A DNA stretch of 64,000 nt from Eledone cirrhosa (lineage: Eukaryota). The position numbers and the translations under genes were made by a program. Under the pieces are notes generated by a model. It worked only from the letters and a program-made list of their open reading frames with translations. It had not been told where the DNA came from and did no database searches. Positions 14,405 to 30,187 of this stretch are shown piece after piece (positions within the stretch are counted from its first letter, which is position 1; each line of letters opens with the position of its first letter). The stretch covers positions 373,674,001-373,738,000 of the forward strand of contig OZ024740.1 of assembly GCA_964016885.1 (NCBI GenBank), written 5' to 3'.

Positions 14405-15240
14405 TATAAACAGCTAACCAAAAGAAACTCCACCAGGCATGACAACTGCTGCAGACTAGCCAACTGCCCCATCAACGACACATACCTATGCCACCAGGCT
14501 TACGTCGTATACAAACTAGAGTGAGACAAATGCAACAACTTCTACGTAGGTAGCACCACCAGACCACTCCACATAAGAATAAAAGAAAACCTCAATACTA
14601 ACGCTTCCTCATTTAAGAAACACCTAGTTAAATGCAAAAACACCGACAAAACCATAACAGTTAGGATAGAAACTAAGGAAAGAAACCTCGGCAATCTTAG
14701 GGTTAAGGAAGCACTAATTATAGATAAAACACAACCACCAATCAATAATAGACTAGAACTCAACACCCAATTTATAACCTGATAGGGCTTCTAGTCCCAT
14801 ATTTACACCCCCACAGACACACGCACGCACACACACACACGCTTACACCTCCACTTATTCTCTCTCACACATACACACACAAAACCAGTTCTGCCCAGAT
14901 AACACCTATCCCCCACATTTACGAATAGACTTATCTTCTCACACTCACACACACACACTCACATACTTACACCTTCATGCATTCTTCCACACACTTAAAC
15001 AGGCATGTATATGAAAAAAAAAACCTAAACAAACCCCTTTTAAAGGGACACTACTCTTTATCCACCTAATTTTAACTCTTTGACAATAGAGATAGAACAG
15101 ATACTCTATACTATTTCCTGTCAGCATGGCTTGGCAAGATATTTAGAACGGTGGTTTGAGACTTTTATTTGCCTCTGAAGAAGAGATATTATCTCGAAAA
15201 TTAAGGACATTTTAATAAATCTAAGATAAAAGACGAATTG
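14405..15240 (+). mobile_element. PLE 3' fragment (GIY-YIG + 3' UTR with HHR)
   Basis: KCNNFYVGSTTRPLHIRIKENLNTNASSFKKHLVKC...NLRVKEALIIDKTQPPIN on + strand; HHR at 15171. Confidence 0.82.
15171..15208 (+). ncRNA. Minimal type I hammerhead ribozyme motif
   Basis: ccu-CUGAAGA-a-gagauauuaucuc-GAAA-au-UA-agg; intact core, stem I ccu/agg. Confidence 0.72.
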
Positions 15241-15439
15241 TCAAATATATCTTTTGCAGTTGCATTCTTTTTTCTATGTTCATACCTGCATTGTTTTGGC
15301 TTTATTATACATATTCAAACGTTTATACCTCATTACACAATGCTTCAAGTGAACTATAACCTCCTCCCATATATATGTATATTTTTTAAAATCATTTTTT
15401 TTATTATTTATTTTGTTTTGACCTGTTTAGCTTGATCTG

Positions 15440-15611
15440 TGTTTTGGCTTAGGTGGCTGATGCTTTCTTGACCACTTTTTCCGTATTGTATGGCGTTTTA
15501 ACATATTGTTGAGCTCTGGTCTTTTAACTATGGAGCGCTTGCCAGGTCATTTCTTGTTTTTGCGTTTCATATCGCTTTTTCTACCCGCCGAAATGCGATT
15601 CTCGCTGAATT

Positions 15612-15612
<1 letters not shown>
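15440..15612. repeat. Unclassified interspersed repeat end abutting (TA)n
   Basis: Ends ctacccgccgaaatgcgattctcgctgaattt; related ends at ~24869 and ~26998. Confidence 0.65.
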
Positions 15613-15667
<55 letters not shown>

Positions 15668-15670
<3 letters not shown>

Positions 15671-16701
15671 CATTAAAGCCCGGCGTTACTCGGGGTCAGT
15701 AAGTTACCAAACTTAGGTTGCACCACCCATTTTATGGCAGCACCTTTTTGTCTGCCAAGCACTGGGTGAATGAATTGCAGACCCGGACTGCCGAAGCACG
15801 AGCTGCACCAGCAGTGACAATTGTAATTTCGCCTAGGGATATTATCTCCGTGCAAAGAAGTGTTGACATTTATTGTTTCACAGTACTTGCGCAACACGCG
15901 CGTAGACGATGCCAGCCGAATAACAGAGCTGCGATGGAGTTGTTCTGCATGGTTGTCTAATGTGTGTTTTCTAAATTTAAGACAGTAGGGAGTGGTGTGA
16001 TATGGGGGAGATTTAGCTGCTGTTTCTAGCAGCTTTCGTGACCGCATAGAGGATATGTTTTCTAAAGTTAAGACAGCTGGGAGGGGTGTGATATGGGGAG
16101 AGTTAGCTGCTGTTTCTAGCAAGTTTAGTGACCTCATTGAGGATATTATTGTGTATAGTAAATGAACTGATACTTCTTTCTTCCACGTTCGTTGATAGAT
16201 GTTTTAAAAACATTTTTTCGCTATTTGTTTTGTTGTTGAATAGATTTATCTGTTCATTTTTGAATAATTGTTGTTTCGTATGAAGTGTAATAAGTTCTCT
16301 TTTTCATTGAAGTAAATAAATGTTTGATCGTTCCACACTCAAAAACACACGTTCCCCCTGTTTCACTCCCTCTTTCTCTCTCTCTCTTAAAGTTGTAAGT
16401 TTAATCGTATATAAGAGAACGTTGCAGCATGTATGTAGTTTTATCGAATTTTAAGAGGTGTAGGGGTGTAGAGAGAGTAAATCAGATTGTATTAGAAGGG
16501 TAAAGCGTCATGTATTTAGTTTTATCGATTATTTCCGTCATTCCTGGTGAGTTTGAATGAAATAAATAGTCATTGACATAAGTTAGACTATTTACAACAT
16601 TCTTACATAAATTGAGTCTAATCAGTTTGAAATTGTGCAAATGTATAAACATGGAACATGCACAGACACACACACTACAACAACAATCTGCATCTTATAG
16701 A
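15668..16701 (-). mobile_element. Non-autonomous Helitron-like element, copy 1 of tandem dimer
   Basis: - strand TCTATAAG 5' end and 3' hairpin cccgagtaacgccggg; two ~92-bp internal repeats. Confidence 0.75.
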
Positions 16702-16704
16702 TAA

Positions 16705-17932
<1,228 letters not shown>

Positions 17933-17944
17933 TGATGATATATG

Positions 17945-18007
<63 letters not shown>

Positions 18008-18047
18008 GCACGCGCACACATGTATATATAAAGCGAGAGAGAGAGAA

Positions 18048-18227
<180 letters not shown>

Positions 18228-18699
18228 GAAAATTGCAATATGCCTGTTGCCATTTAATTAGCATTATCTGAAAATGATTGGCCCAAATCAATTCTGGTGA
18301 TCATGCTATTGAATAATCAACTATTTCTTTCCAACCATTAACATAGAACCAAATTAAATTAGACCACGCTTTCCTCAACTATCACGGTGATATGTGTGTT
18401 CTGTGATAAGTATATCACTTCAGAAAGAACATATTGCAACCTATGAAGAATCAGAAAAGAGCAAATGCTCCGCTCTATTTAAAATAAAACTGTTTTGGTA
18501 AATATATTCAAACCATCATTAAAATCAATATATAAGGTAGATAACGATTCTATTGAGTACGAAAGGGAATCTTTCTCAGAATAGAGTAATTTAAATTGAC
18601 ATCTGTTTTGGTTAGCATATATCAAAATTGTTGTTCATTACCAAACTAGTTCTGTCACCAAAAACATCCACATCGCGATTTCTCAAGTGACTGCCAATG

Positions 18700-19340
18700 A
18701 TTTTCAAAACGTCTGCACCCCCACTAAAAGAACGCCCTATAGTAACATGGAATACATGGTGACAGACCAGAGGTGACACGCAAATAACCAGAAACAGGAA
18801 GCATTGAGGCAAGTGACACACCACAACCTACAATGCAGGAGGGTCGACATCCCTAGCTAATTTGCTCTTTAAAATATTCAGAAAGAAATTCCCAGCTCAA
18901 CGCCGCTACCACGACATCTTCAACATAAACAAGGAAAAGCTGTTATATTTGCAATCACATACTGCACAGAATATCACAACATTTAAAGGCACATCTACAC
19001 CGGTCTTATCTCATCTAGAGCTCCAACCACTAACAGCTACATAAAAAATAAGAGCCTGTTCCATTGCAAATGCCCGAAGAGTAGCGTAACCTATAAGTAG
19101 GTAGCTACAAATACAATACAGAAAATGGCTTGCTTATAAATTAAGATGAAGCGCGTTTAATTTCGCTCCTCAGAACATAACTCCATGGGAGGAACTATCC
19201 AGCAAGTATTTCCAGTCACGTGTGGAAATTACATGAAAAAGGATTGTCATACAAGCTCTGCTGGGGCCGGAACACCAACGCCTAATCGTTCACAGTGGCA
19301 TAATTCGTATAATATGTGATCAGACGAAACATACCTTGCT
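18700..19340 (+). mobile_element. Highly degenerate Naiad-type PLE C-terminal fragment
   Basis: LFKIFRKKFPAQRRYHDIFNINKEKLLY and SISSHVWKLHEKGLSYKLCW resemble the PLE thumb and endonuclease C-terminus. Confidence 0.6.
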
Positions 19341-19814
19341 TGCGAGGGTAGGGCATATTCTTCAATTTATGTATATATAAAGAAACATTGATACACACCC
19401 ACACATATACCTTCAAATTTCACACGCACATACACGGTCACAGTAACATTTATGTTTGTATTCACAAATGTGCATAAATGCCCATGCGTGTATGAGCATA
19501 TGGAATTTCCTTTCGGTTGTCTTAGAAGGTCAATGTGTTAAATCTCAGTGGGATGGCTAGTGCTCTGGAATTTGGCCAATGAATGTTGTGCATGGATAGC
19601 TGGATAAATGGTGGAGTAGTCATAATCGTAAAACTATGTTAACGTTGGTAATCATAAAAAGATTGACGAAATACGTTATGTCGTATGGGATATTTAATTT
19701 GATACCATTTCACTAATCAATTGTTTGTGTGAGTATTTAAACTAAAGTGGAGTTGTGAAAAATGAAAATCAAGCGAAGTTGTGTATTCCTATTTTTCATT
19801 ATGCAGGCGGCATT

Positions 19815-19890
<76 letters not shown>

Positions 19891-19893
<3 letters not shown>

Positions 19894-20185
19894 CTGGCGA
19901 TCTGCTTCGGTCACGAGTGATCATGGTATTTGCACCTAGGAAGTTTCCTCTCCGCGGCACAAACTCGAGCAATTTGTGTTTTGTGGCAGAACAACAGACG
20001 CCCTTACATACCAGACTCCCCTCTCCACACCACTGGTGCAGTCTAAGGAAAAGACAAAGGCAGACATACCTTGACACCAGTTACGTTTCAAATCACTTCT
20101 ACACCTGAGTGAACTGGAGTAACGTGAATTATATGGTCTCCCTCTAACGCATAACCCGGTTCTTGAATTGACCTCACAACCACAA

Positions 20186-20188
<3 letters not shown>
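19891..20188 (-). mobile_element. SINE related in its 5' part to the SINE at 52966
   Basis: - strand cacgttactccagttcactcaggtgtagaa matches the core ctactcagtgaactcagctgtataaa near 53080. Confidence 0.65.
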
Positions 20189-20222
<34 letters not shown>

Positions 20223-21164
20223 AGTGTGTTCGTGTGTATCTTCAATGTAAACTGTTGACTCACTGGTTGACAGTAATATGGCCTGGAAACCCATCAACAT
20301 ACTGTACTCCTTATCGCTCAGCTTCAGTACGAGTGCTCTAAACATTGAAATAAATAATTTCTGAAAACACATTTCGTCTGAATTAGAAGCTATACTAACA
20401 GTTTGGACGGAAAATCATGTTCTTTATAAATTATCGAAACGCCCGGTAATAAGAAAATCCTTTTAGAGAATGTAAAAATCTCAAATGCAGAATTTACTGT
20501 AAAGAAGTGTCTTACAAAGTATAATAGCTTAGAAAATTGGGAAAATACATTTTAGGCGGAAACTTGAGGTTTCCGCTTCTCTCAAATTTCGGCCGTATGC
20601 TCTAAAATTTAGGCTTACCCAGCTTTGAAAACGGAATACATCTGAATTACATTCTACACGAAATGCTTTGATTTGAACCACTTTCTATATTGTATAATAA
20701 CCGATTCCTGTTATAATTTTCTTATGAGTTTAATATTCTTACATTTATATAAAGGCTACACGTGTGTGTACCGACCATAACCTACATGATATTCGTTATA
20801 AATGCGTGAGAAGTCACCAACATTTTTCATGTCTTTTACAATATAATGTGACAAGTTTTAATAGGAAGCTAAAAAAAAAAATAGAATCTATCCAACAGAT
20901 ATCGTTGATGAGTAAATAACTAGTCGACGAAAAAATCAAATCATCTCATATTCCCACAAATATCAAATGGAAAGAAAATTACATAAGCAGACATGTCAGT
21001 AATATTTTAAAATAAATTACTATAACTGAATAAACGAAGTAATTCTAAATACTCTAATTAGAGCTTATTTACACGCAACTCACTACATTCCAAAACATTT
21101 GTACATAATTGTTTATATCTACATACATACGTACATATATGTATGTATATATATATATATACAT

Positions 21165-21283
<119 letters not shown>

Positions 21284-21299
21284 TACTTATATATATGTA

Positions 21300-21360
<61 letters not shown>

Positions 21361-21407
21361 ATATATAAAGAGAGGGTTTTTATTTTACAAAATGAAAAAT
21401 AAGAAAA

Positions 21408-21801
<394 letters not shown>

Positions 21802-21975
21802 GTATGTATTTATGTGTGTGTTTACATATATATATATCAAAAGCAAGGAAGTACATATGGATGGTAAATATATTTCCCAGTATTTTAGGTATGAGAATCA
21901 ATTAGATTCAAGTAGAGATATTAATTACATCACCTGTTTTGCCACGCAGGGATCGAGTCAGTATCCTGTTAATAT

Positions 21976-22010
<35 letters not shown>

Positions 22011-22015
22011 GTAGA

Positions 22016-22095
<80 letters not shown>

Positions 22096-22115
22096 GAGAG
22101 ATGGATAGATAGATA

Positions 22116-24445
22116 TCTTTCTTTATTTGCCACAGGGGAGTACAAAGATGAGGCATTTCAAGACGTGATGGCGGGGTTTTTACATAAAAATAACATTATC
22201 ATTATAAGGGCGGTGGATTGGCTGTATCGGTGGAGGGTCGGACCCCATGCTTTCCAGCATAGTTACGTCCCTTTACGATCTGAGTTAAAATCCCGCCGAG
22301 GTTGACTTTGCCTTTCATCCTTACGGGGTCGAAAAAATAAAGTACCAGTAATGCATTGGGTAATTGCTGGCCTTGTGCCTAAAGTAGAAACTATTATCAT
22401 TATAAATAACAATAAACTATATATAATAAAATAACAATTGAAATCCCAAATAGGGGGTTAACGTCACTGCAGGGTTGTTTTACACCCCGTGGAAAGAACA
22501 ACTCTCAACACCAGGAACACGTTTTGTAGGTATTCCTGTCTTCCTTAATCTACAGGTTTATATACAGAGATGGCCCATTCACTCGGGCCATTTTCGCCAC
22601 ATTCACCCACCTTTCATCGAATTTACTGGGGTGTAACACCTCTCCCTCCACTCTCACCTTCCTTCTGAAGTGATACTCGAAGAAGGGGATAAGTTGCTGT
22701 GCGGAGAGAAAGATGTTTGCCCTCACTCCTTTTACCGTCGTCCACCATATAATCTCTTTCGCCATACCCACCAGACAGAGGAAAACCGCCTCTCCTTCGT
22801 TCTTAAAGTAAGTCGGCGGGGTGATCGGCACGATGGAATCGGCTGAGAACTGGATGCGCCCAACACGTGACAGTAGCTGTTCAACACAATTCCACAGGCC
22901 GGTCACCCCTGGGCACTGATCAATTGGGTGCAGAATGGTTTCGATGTCTTGCTCGCATCTTGGACAGGTCTTTTGGCAGGATCACTGCCAGGCCGTCCGT
23001 GACTGTAGATTTTGTCAGAGACCTCTGGAAGCTATCCATAGGCCTTGGATGGAAACTCCTCCAAAAACAGACTGGTCAGTTCGTCCTCCCCAATGCCTAG
23101 ATTTTCCCCGCTTGACCTAGGACTGCAGTTCTGAGAGGAGTTGTGGAAGAGCTTGTCCACAAACGACAGCCACACTGGTTCACCAGTCAGGAATACCTGG
23201 AGATGGCGTAGCTTCAGCGCGTGTTTACCCATCATCGGCCACGGCATGCCTAGCCCTCCGTTAGAAGGGTGTTGACAGCAGATGGATCTCCTCACCAATG
23301 AAGCCTGTTTCCTCCAGAGGATCTTTAAGATTAGGCGTTCCGTTTTGGTAATCTATTCGCAGGGGCAAGGCACAACTCTCAAGCGGTAGTAGATGACGGA
23401 CGCTATGTAAGTGTTCGCCAGCTCCGCTCGACCTTTCAAGGAGAGTTTGCACTCAGCCCTATCTGCGTGAGTGCAAACACCTTCGCCGTGATCTCGTTCC
23501 AGTTCTTGTCCACTTGGAGGTTTGGACCGAACCAGACCCCGAGCGATTTCACCGGTTTTTCCGTTCAGCGTCCAACGACACTGTCGGAAAGCATGGGTTT
23601 GCCTCTCCACGTGCCGAGTTGCAAACCGACAGACATGTTTTGGTTTAGTCTTGCTCCTGTCAACGTTTCGTATTCCTGTAATAGGTTGCCGATTACCCCG
23701 ATTTCCGAGGTCTTCCACACCATTACGCTTATGTCGTCGACATAGGCCGACAGTGCTTTCCACATTCCTGGTTCAATCGGGATACCCTGCAACAGCTCCA
23801 ACTTCCGCAGTAGCGGCTCGAGTGACAGTACATACAAAATGGAGAAGAGAGGGCATCCTTGACGGATGGAACGCATGATTTGGAATGGCTCTGATAGGTA
23901 GCCATTCACCTTGACTGCCGAGCAGATGATGGTGTGCATGGCAGCGATCCAGCCTCTGAAGACGGGACCGAAAAAGGCCGCCATGAGTATTGATGGTCGA
24001 CCCTATAAAAAATGCCTTAGACTGATCTAAATTGATCAGTGCCCCACCGAAGCCAGGTTTACACCCTTACCTCTCTATGATATATCGCATGAGGTGGAGG
24101 TTGTCGTGTATGGACCTGGTCGGGATTGCACACGTTTGCGCTTCTCCTACCAGGTTTTCGGCGAAAAGCGCCAGCCTCACTCCTAACACATTGGTCAAAA
24201 TCTTTAACTTCTGTTATGGGCCTGGCATTGCTTATATCACCCCCATCGTTCTCATCTATCCTGCTCAGCGTTACTATGCCTCGGCCTACAGAACTGGGAA
24301 TCCTCCCGTTCTGCTGCCAGTTGCAGTAGACCGCTTCGAGGACGCCAGAGAACAAGTCTGTCACGCCTATGTAAAACTCTTAGGTTAGACCATCTAAACC
24401 TAGCGATTTGCGTTTCTCGCAGCGGCCTAGGGCATCTTCTATTTA
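22116..24445 (-). mobile_element. 5'-truncated Tx1/L1-group LINE ORF2 remnant with 3' end
   Basis: VKVNGYLSEPFQIMRSIRQGCPL, SAYVDD, LSLKGRAELANTYIASVIYYRL, GGLGMP; AATAAAGAAAGA terminus near 22116. Confidence 0.88.
22208..22393 (+). mobile_element. SINE (Meta-domain-like core) inserted in LINE 3' UTR
   Basis: Core cgccgaggttgactttgcctttcatcc...gggtcgaaaaaataaagtaccag; flanked by duplicated attatcattataa. Confidence 0.82.
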
Positions 24446-24487
24446 GCTGATAGATAGATAGTTATATATATATATATATATATATGT

Positions 24488-24550
24488 AGTCCAGAGTGAG
24501 CCGTCGAAATGGCTTGAGCTCCGCCGTCGGGGTCATACTTTTTCATATTA
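24488..24550 (+). repeat. Fragment of the hairpin family seen at 37741 and 63478
   Basis: gccgtcgaaatggcttgagctccgccgtcggggtcatactt. Confidence 0.75.
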
Positions 24551-24569
24551 CCAAAAGCTTATCTTTATA

Positions 24570-24863
24570 AGCAGACAGTATTATTGATTTAGGCGTTGCA
24601 GAAACCCACTTTCGGAGTATTCCATCTTCCATGAAGGGTCCGGGTAAATATTTCAATCATATCTCATTTTGTTTGACCGGTTTAGCTTGTTGGCTTTTTT
24701 GGCTATGGTGGTTAATGGCTTCTTAACCATGGTCTCAGCGTCTATGACCATTTTAACTTATGTTTATAGCTCTGGTATCTTCTTCAGATCCATGGTGCGC
24801 TTGTCAGCACAATATGGGAGTTGCGTTTCGATAATTTCTACCCGCCGAAATGCGATTCTCGCT

Positions 24864-24869
<6 letters not shown>
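24570..24869. repeat. Unclassified interspersed repeat (family of 15440 and 26410)
   Basis: Shares gcagaaaccca...gggtccgggta.at.tttcaat and terminal gaaatgcgattctcg. Confidence 0.65.
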
Positions 24870-24917
<48 letters not shown>

Positions 24918-24934
24918 TAGATAGAGAGAGAGAG

Positions 24935-24981
<47 letters not shown>

Positions 24982-25466
24982 GCGAGAGGGAGAGATGGAT
25001 AGATAGATAGATAATTATTTGTTTCATATGTTTGCGTGGGTAACCAAAAGACTCGATATTTTACCTGCACAGCGACCTGTACCTCGACAAAGCCCCACCT
25101 TCAACGTATGTCCCATCTCGCGCACTTTCCCAAAGAACCCACTTGTAGAGACCCCAGACACACACTCTATTCACTTACACATACCGAGTATTTCCACCTA
25201 TAATCAGCATTGTAACACAAACCTGCCACTGCTCACCTGTAGGTTACATATTTTACCTCCCATGTATGTATGTACAGATAGCCTAAAACCTCAGCTTCCC
25301 TGATTCTTGTTTGTATATATGAACATAGTACGTACATGTGTAGTTGCATGTGTATGATACATTTAGGTACATCTGTGGACACAATTTTACCCCACGCCAC
25401 ACCAAGCATATGCAGGAATATGAGTGTATGTGTGACTGGGTATGGATGTTCATGTGTGTAGATATT

Positions 25467-25516
<50 letters not shown>

Positions 25517-25879
25517 TGTATGTTACTGCTCAAAACATTGCAAGCGCACTTGCAGGACGCCGAAGGCATTATATAGGGATGTGTGCAATTATGTATGTGC
25601 ACGTGTATGTAGGTGATCATATATGAATGCACCTGAGCCTGTTTGTGTATACTTTACATATTATTACCACATACTCATTTATTTGATATCTAAATTATTA
25701 CTTCTCCAACTAAAGTGATTTCAGGCTATTGCAAAACATTCTAAAACACCCCAGTATATATTATGTGTTCTTCTATATATACATTAGGCATACACATACT
25801 ACATACACTCATGTTTACTAACCCACATAATCCACTCTACATAATTTTAAATCCCTATATTTTACCAGATATTATTTAT

Positions 25880-26060
25880 GGGGCGGAGGATTTGCAGTAT
25901 CAGTAGACGTCCGACGCCATGCTTTCCAGCACAGTTACGTTCCTTTACAGTCTGAGTTAAAATCCCGCCGTGGTTCATTTTGCCTTTCATCTTTACGGAG
26001 CCGATAAAAAAGCATCGGTAATACACTGAGATAATTGCCGACTTGTGCCAAAAGAACAAA
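25880..26060 (+). mobile_element. SINE, same family as 22208
   Basis: catgctttccagca.agttacgt...tctgagttaaaatcccgccg; attattt on both flanks. Confidence 0.82.
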
Positions 26061-26312
26061 CCATTATTTGTTTCTATTTACTACTTTAATTTATTCATTT
26101 GCTAGCTTACTTCGATACAACACATTTTATTTCTCATAAATCTTCAATTTTATATATGTCACTTTTTACCATTAACTCATCACTTAGCTATACAATGTCC
26201 ACATGGAAGTCCCATCAATAAATAAACCTACCCTCCACCGTATATTTCTAAGACCATTATGCTCCTTCTCACACTCCACACCTACCTACTAACCACCCCT
26301 ACAATCCAGAAC

Positions 26313-26409
<97 letters not shown>

Positions 26410-26998
26410 AATTTATGTTTGTATTTATCTCCAGACTCTATCTATTGACCAGTTAATTTTCTCGATTTTTTAGTTGATTCTATTGACTGATGTATAGCTT
26501 ATGTTAATGTTAACCCTTCTGTTGAGAACTCTATTCGATTTGTAATGTTTTTGCATTCTTGCAAAAATACACACAACTGAATTTATTCGCCTGATATAGG
26601 GGCTGCCTCCCTTGCCGATCCCCACGTGGGGTCAGCAATAGTCAGTCCTTGTATTAACATTGAACTAAAACCTGTTGAGAAAGTGGCTTCCTTGTTCAAT
26701 CATCTTACCAGAAGCCTGACATTATTTATGTAAGCGGATAGTACGTGATTTTGGAGCCGCAGAAACCCAAATACTGGATTTTACCAACTTTCCAGGGGTC
26801 CGGGTACATTTTTCAATACCCGAATTACTTGATCTTTTTTTTTGATATGCGAATGATTGTTTAACCAACGTCTCAGTGTGTTTTTGGCCTTTAACGTTTG
26901 TTATAGCTCGGGTTCATCTGAATCATTGAACACTTGCCACACATCTCGGAGGTTGTTTTTCGTTATTTCGTGGGCTGAAATGCGAATCTCGATAATTT
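26410..26998. repeat. Unclassified interspersed repeat, longest copy
   Basis: Homology to 24570-24869; terminal gaaatgcgaatctcgataatt next to (TA)n. Confidence 0.6.
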
Positions 26999-27005
26999 AT
27001 GTTTG

Positions 27006-27040
<35 letters not shown>

Positions 27041-27059
27041 ATATATATGAAAAGATTCA

Positions 27060-27155
27060 GGAGCCCGATGGCTGAGCTCCGGCCGTTTCAACAGCTAGAT
27101 CCGAAGTGTCCAGTACTCTGGTGCGTTATGGTTCACCTGGTATCTTACTACACCC
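27060..27155 (+). repeat. Rearranged fragment of the 37741/63478 family
   Basis: agtactctggtgcgttatggttcacctgg preceded by an inverted cccgatggctgagctc piece. Confidence 0.65.
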
Positions 27156-27199
27156 TCTCTGTATATATATATACATTGAAACATGTGTATGTGTCTATC

Positions 27200-27272
<73 letters not shown>

Positions 27273-28581
27273 GTGCGGGTGTAACTGTGCGCGTATGCGT
27301 GTATGTGTGTGTACGTATACGTGCCATCAAGTCCCATTATCTCTGCACCTATATTCTGGGATGACGTGTTGATGACAGAGTGCAGAGTCGTGATGAATAA
27401 ATGGAATCATCCTAGAGCGGTGTTGCAATTGTCCATTGTTCCCAAAAGTCAGTAATGAGGATGGGAAATTAAGAAATAGAATTAATTACCAAGTCACAAA
27501 CTGGGTGAGATTTATTCCGTCTTGACACACAATTTCCTGATTTTCCTATTATTTTTGCATTTTCTATTAGTATAATAGTGAGAAATTATAGTTCGGTGCA
27601 AGTAGGTTAATAAACTCATTCATAATATAAGCACACAATATCCATTTTTACGTAGAAGACGGATAATCGATTATATCGCCCCTTACAGCTTGATATTACT
27701 ACGCAATTACTTAAAATTACCCTTAATATAAACCTTGCGTTGAATTCGTTTTCGAGATTATGCATTTAAAATTATGCACACAATTCATTGACCCATTGTC
27801 TACGTAATATAGTTGACAATAGGTGTTTAAGACACCTATCATAAATTTAAGAAAAATGTAAATAAAATGTAGTTCGCAAACACCAATCAATGAATCTGTT
27901 CCGAGAGAAGTGATCTTATTCAAACCAAACATCACCAGGCATATTAGTGATGTTTCATATTCACTAGGGTTCAATGTTGTCACCGGTGCTCAAATGAAGC
28001 AAATATGTATACCTCTACATGAATAGAAGACGGTGAATTTAAAAGCAACGCACAAATAAGCCCCGCCTCTCTTTCACACACATGAACCCATGTACACACG
28101 CACGCGCACATACACATACACGCACATACACACACACAATTACACATCGATTGTTTTCTCTTGTAATTATATCACCAATATATATCATCCACAGTAGTCT
28201 ATTAATAGAACGTTAAACCAGAAATGTGTAGGATGTAATACGATTTCTAACAATGACAATCCTAGTCTTCATTGAGTTAATATTTCGTTTTTTTTTTCTT
28301 GTCCATGTAATTCAGTAAACGCATGATAATAAGTACTAATTAGGGAAATTGCTGTGGTTAATGATTTTCTAATAATGCCTCATCTGAGTTTTGAAATATT
28401 TCTATGTAACTAATGCTGTTAGAAACCCTCCAGTAGTAATTTATGTTAGTTTTCAATTGAAGGTATACGCAAACAGGTAAGGATAATATACACACACACT
28501 TACTCACATGTACATATACAGCTATACACCTACGCACACACGCATATATATATATATATATATACATACACATACACACAC

Positions 28582-28653
<72 letters not shown>

Positions 28654-28663
28654 ACACACACAC

Positions 28664-28722
<59 letters not shown>

Positions 28723-30152
28723 TGTGTGTATGTGTAAGTGTGCATGTTTACTAATATGAATATACATGCATTTGGCGTATAAAGAATGGGATATAGAAAT
28801 AAAGAATGGTTAGAACATACATACATATTATTAGTGGTTTCTCTTGGAAAATATTAATTATTTTCTGAGAGGCAATCTCATAAACTAACGCTTTATGGCA
28901 AAAGTTTAGTGATATTATACAAATTCTATGTTTGGTAAGTGGTTGATTATATTATAGGGGTATTTTCGGGACATTAGCAGGCAGTACACCTAGTAATCTT
29001 TATGGTAAATATCACGTTTTATTATATAGAAAATACTCTATCCTGAACACTTTATTTGCATTATTGCTTCAGGTAATCCTGAATCTAATTACAGTAACCT
29101 GAATAGTGTATCTTTATAATATACAACAAAATGAAACTACATACAATAACATTAGAAAGGGATAAAATTAAGCGTGTAGGAATCGATTAAGCCCAACAAC
29201 ATAATGATATGTTGAAGGATAATATCAAAGAATCACTTCTATAAAAATCAATTACTTTTAATACATGCTAAGCTTTTACCAGAAATTGCTCTTAGGAAGT
29301 AGAATAATGTTGATAATTTCCATTTCTAAATTATAAAATGCAAAAAATACATTGTGATCGCAATTTATTTGGCAAAATTGCGTGAAAGACGTCAGATTAG
29401 ATAATACCTCAGGCAATGATTTTTCATGAATATTATATTTTCGTAAATAACTATGAAATACTATGTATGAAATTATGTTGCAATCATTTATATTTTATAA
29501 CTCAATGACTACTCCGTGTCTGTTACATCTATTTTAAATAGCCATGATTTACAATTTCATTGTATTTTAGTAGATGGAATTGGTACACGTTATAATATAA
29601 TTTTCAACCTAGACAATATGTATCTCACCTTGGAATACTGTCATTGTCAGAGAAGCAAACAAAGCAATCATTATTTGATCCATCGACCACAAGGAATGTG
29701 TAGTGAATTCTATCTCATATCACACCCTGACACATTTAAAAGTGGTTAACTGATATGATGTAGTTGTAGAAGCAATTGAAAAGATAACAAGACTAATTGA
29801 ATCGCCATTTATCATAGATTCATTTAATCAAAGCTGACTGGGGATATATAGCAACATTTATATATTGAAAATAATTGATGTAAGTAAAGAGAGTATAAGA
29901 TCATATGTATCTAAAATATGAAACGCACTTTAACACAATAAAAAATAAATGTAAATAGAAAAAAAAAAAGAATTCAACGATTTAATATCAGGCTATAAAT
30001 TTACCACCCGAAGCTAATTCGAAGAATCTGATTCTATTCTTTTTTAAAATTTGTGTAACAAACAGAACAAGATGTATCCTACACATTCAGCGCTTTACAA
30101 AATTGTGTATTAGAACTAGATTAATATTAATATTAAAGGAAGTTCCTGTATG

Positions 30153-30187
<35 letters not shown>

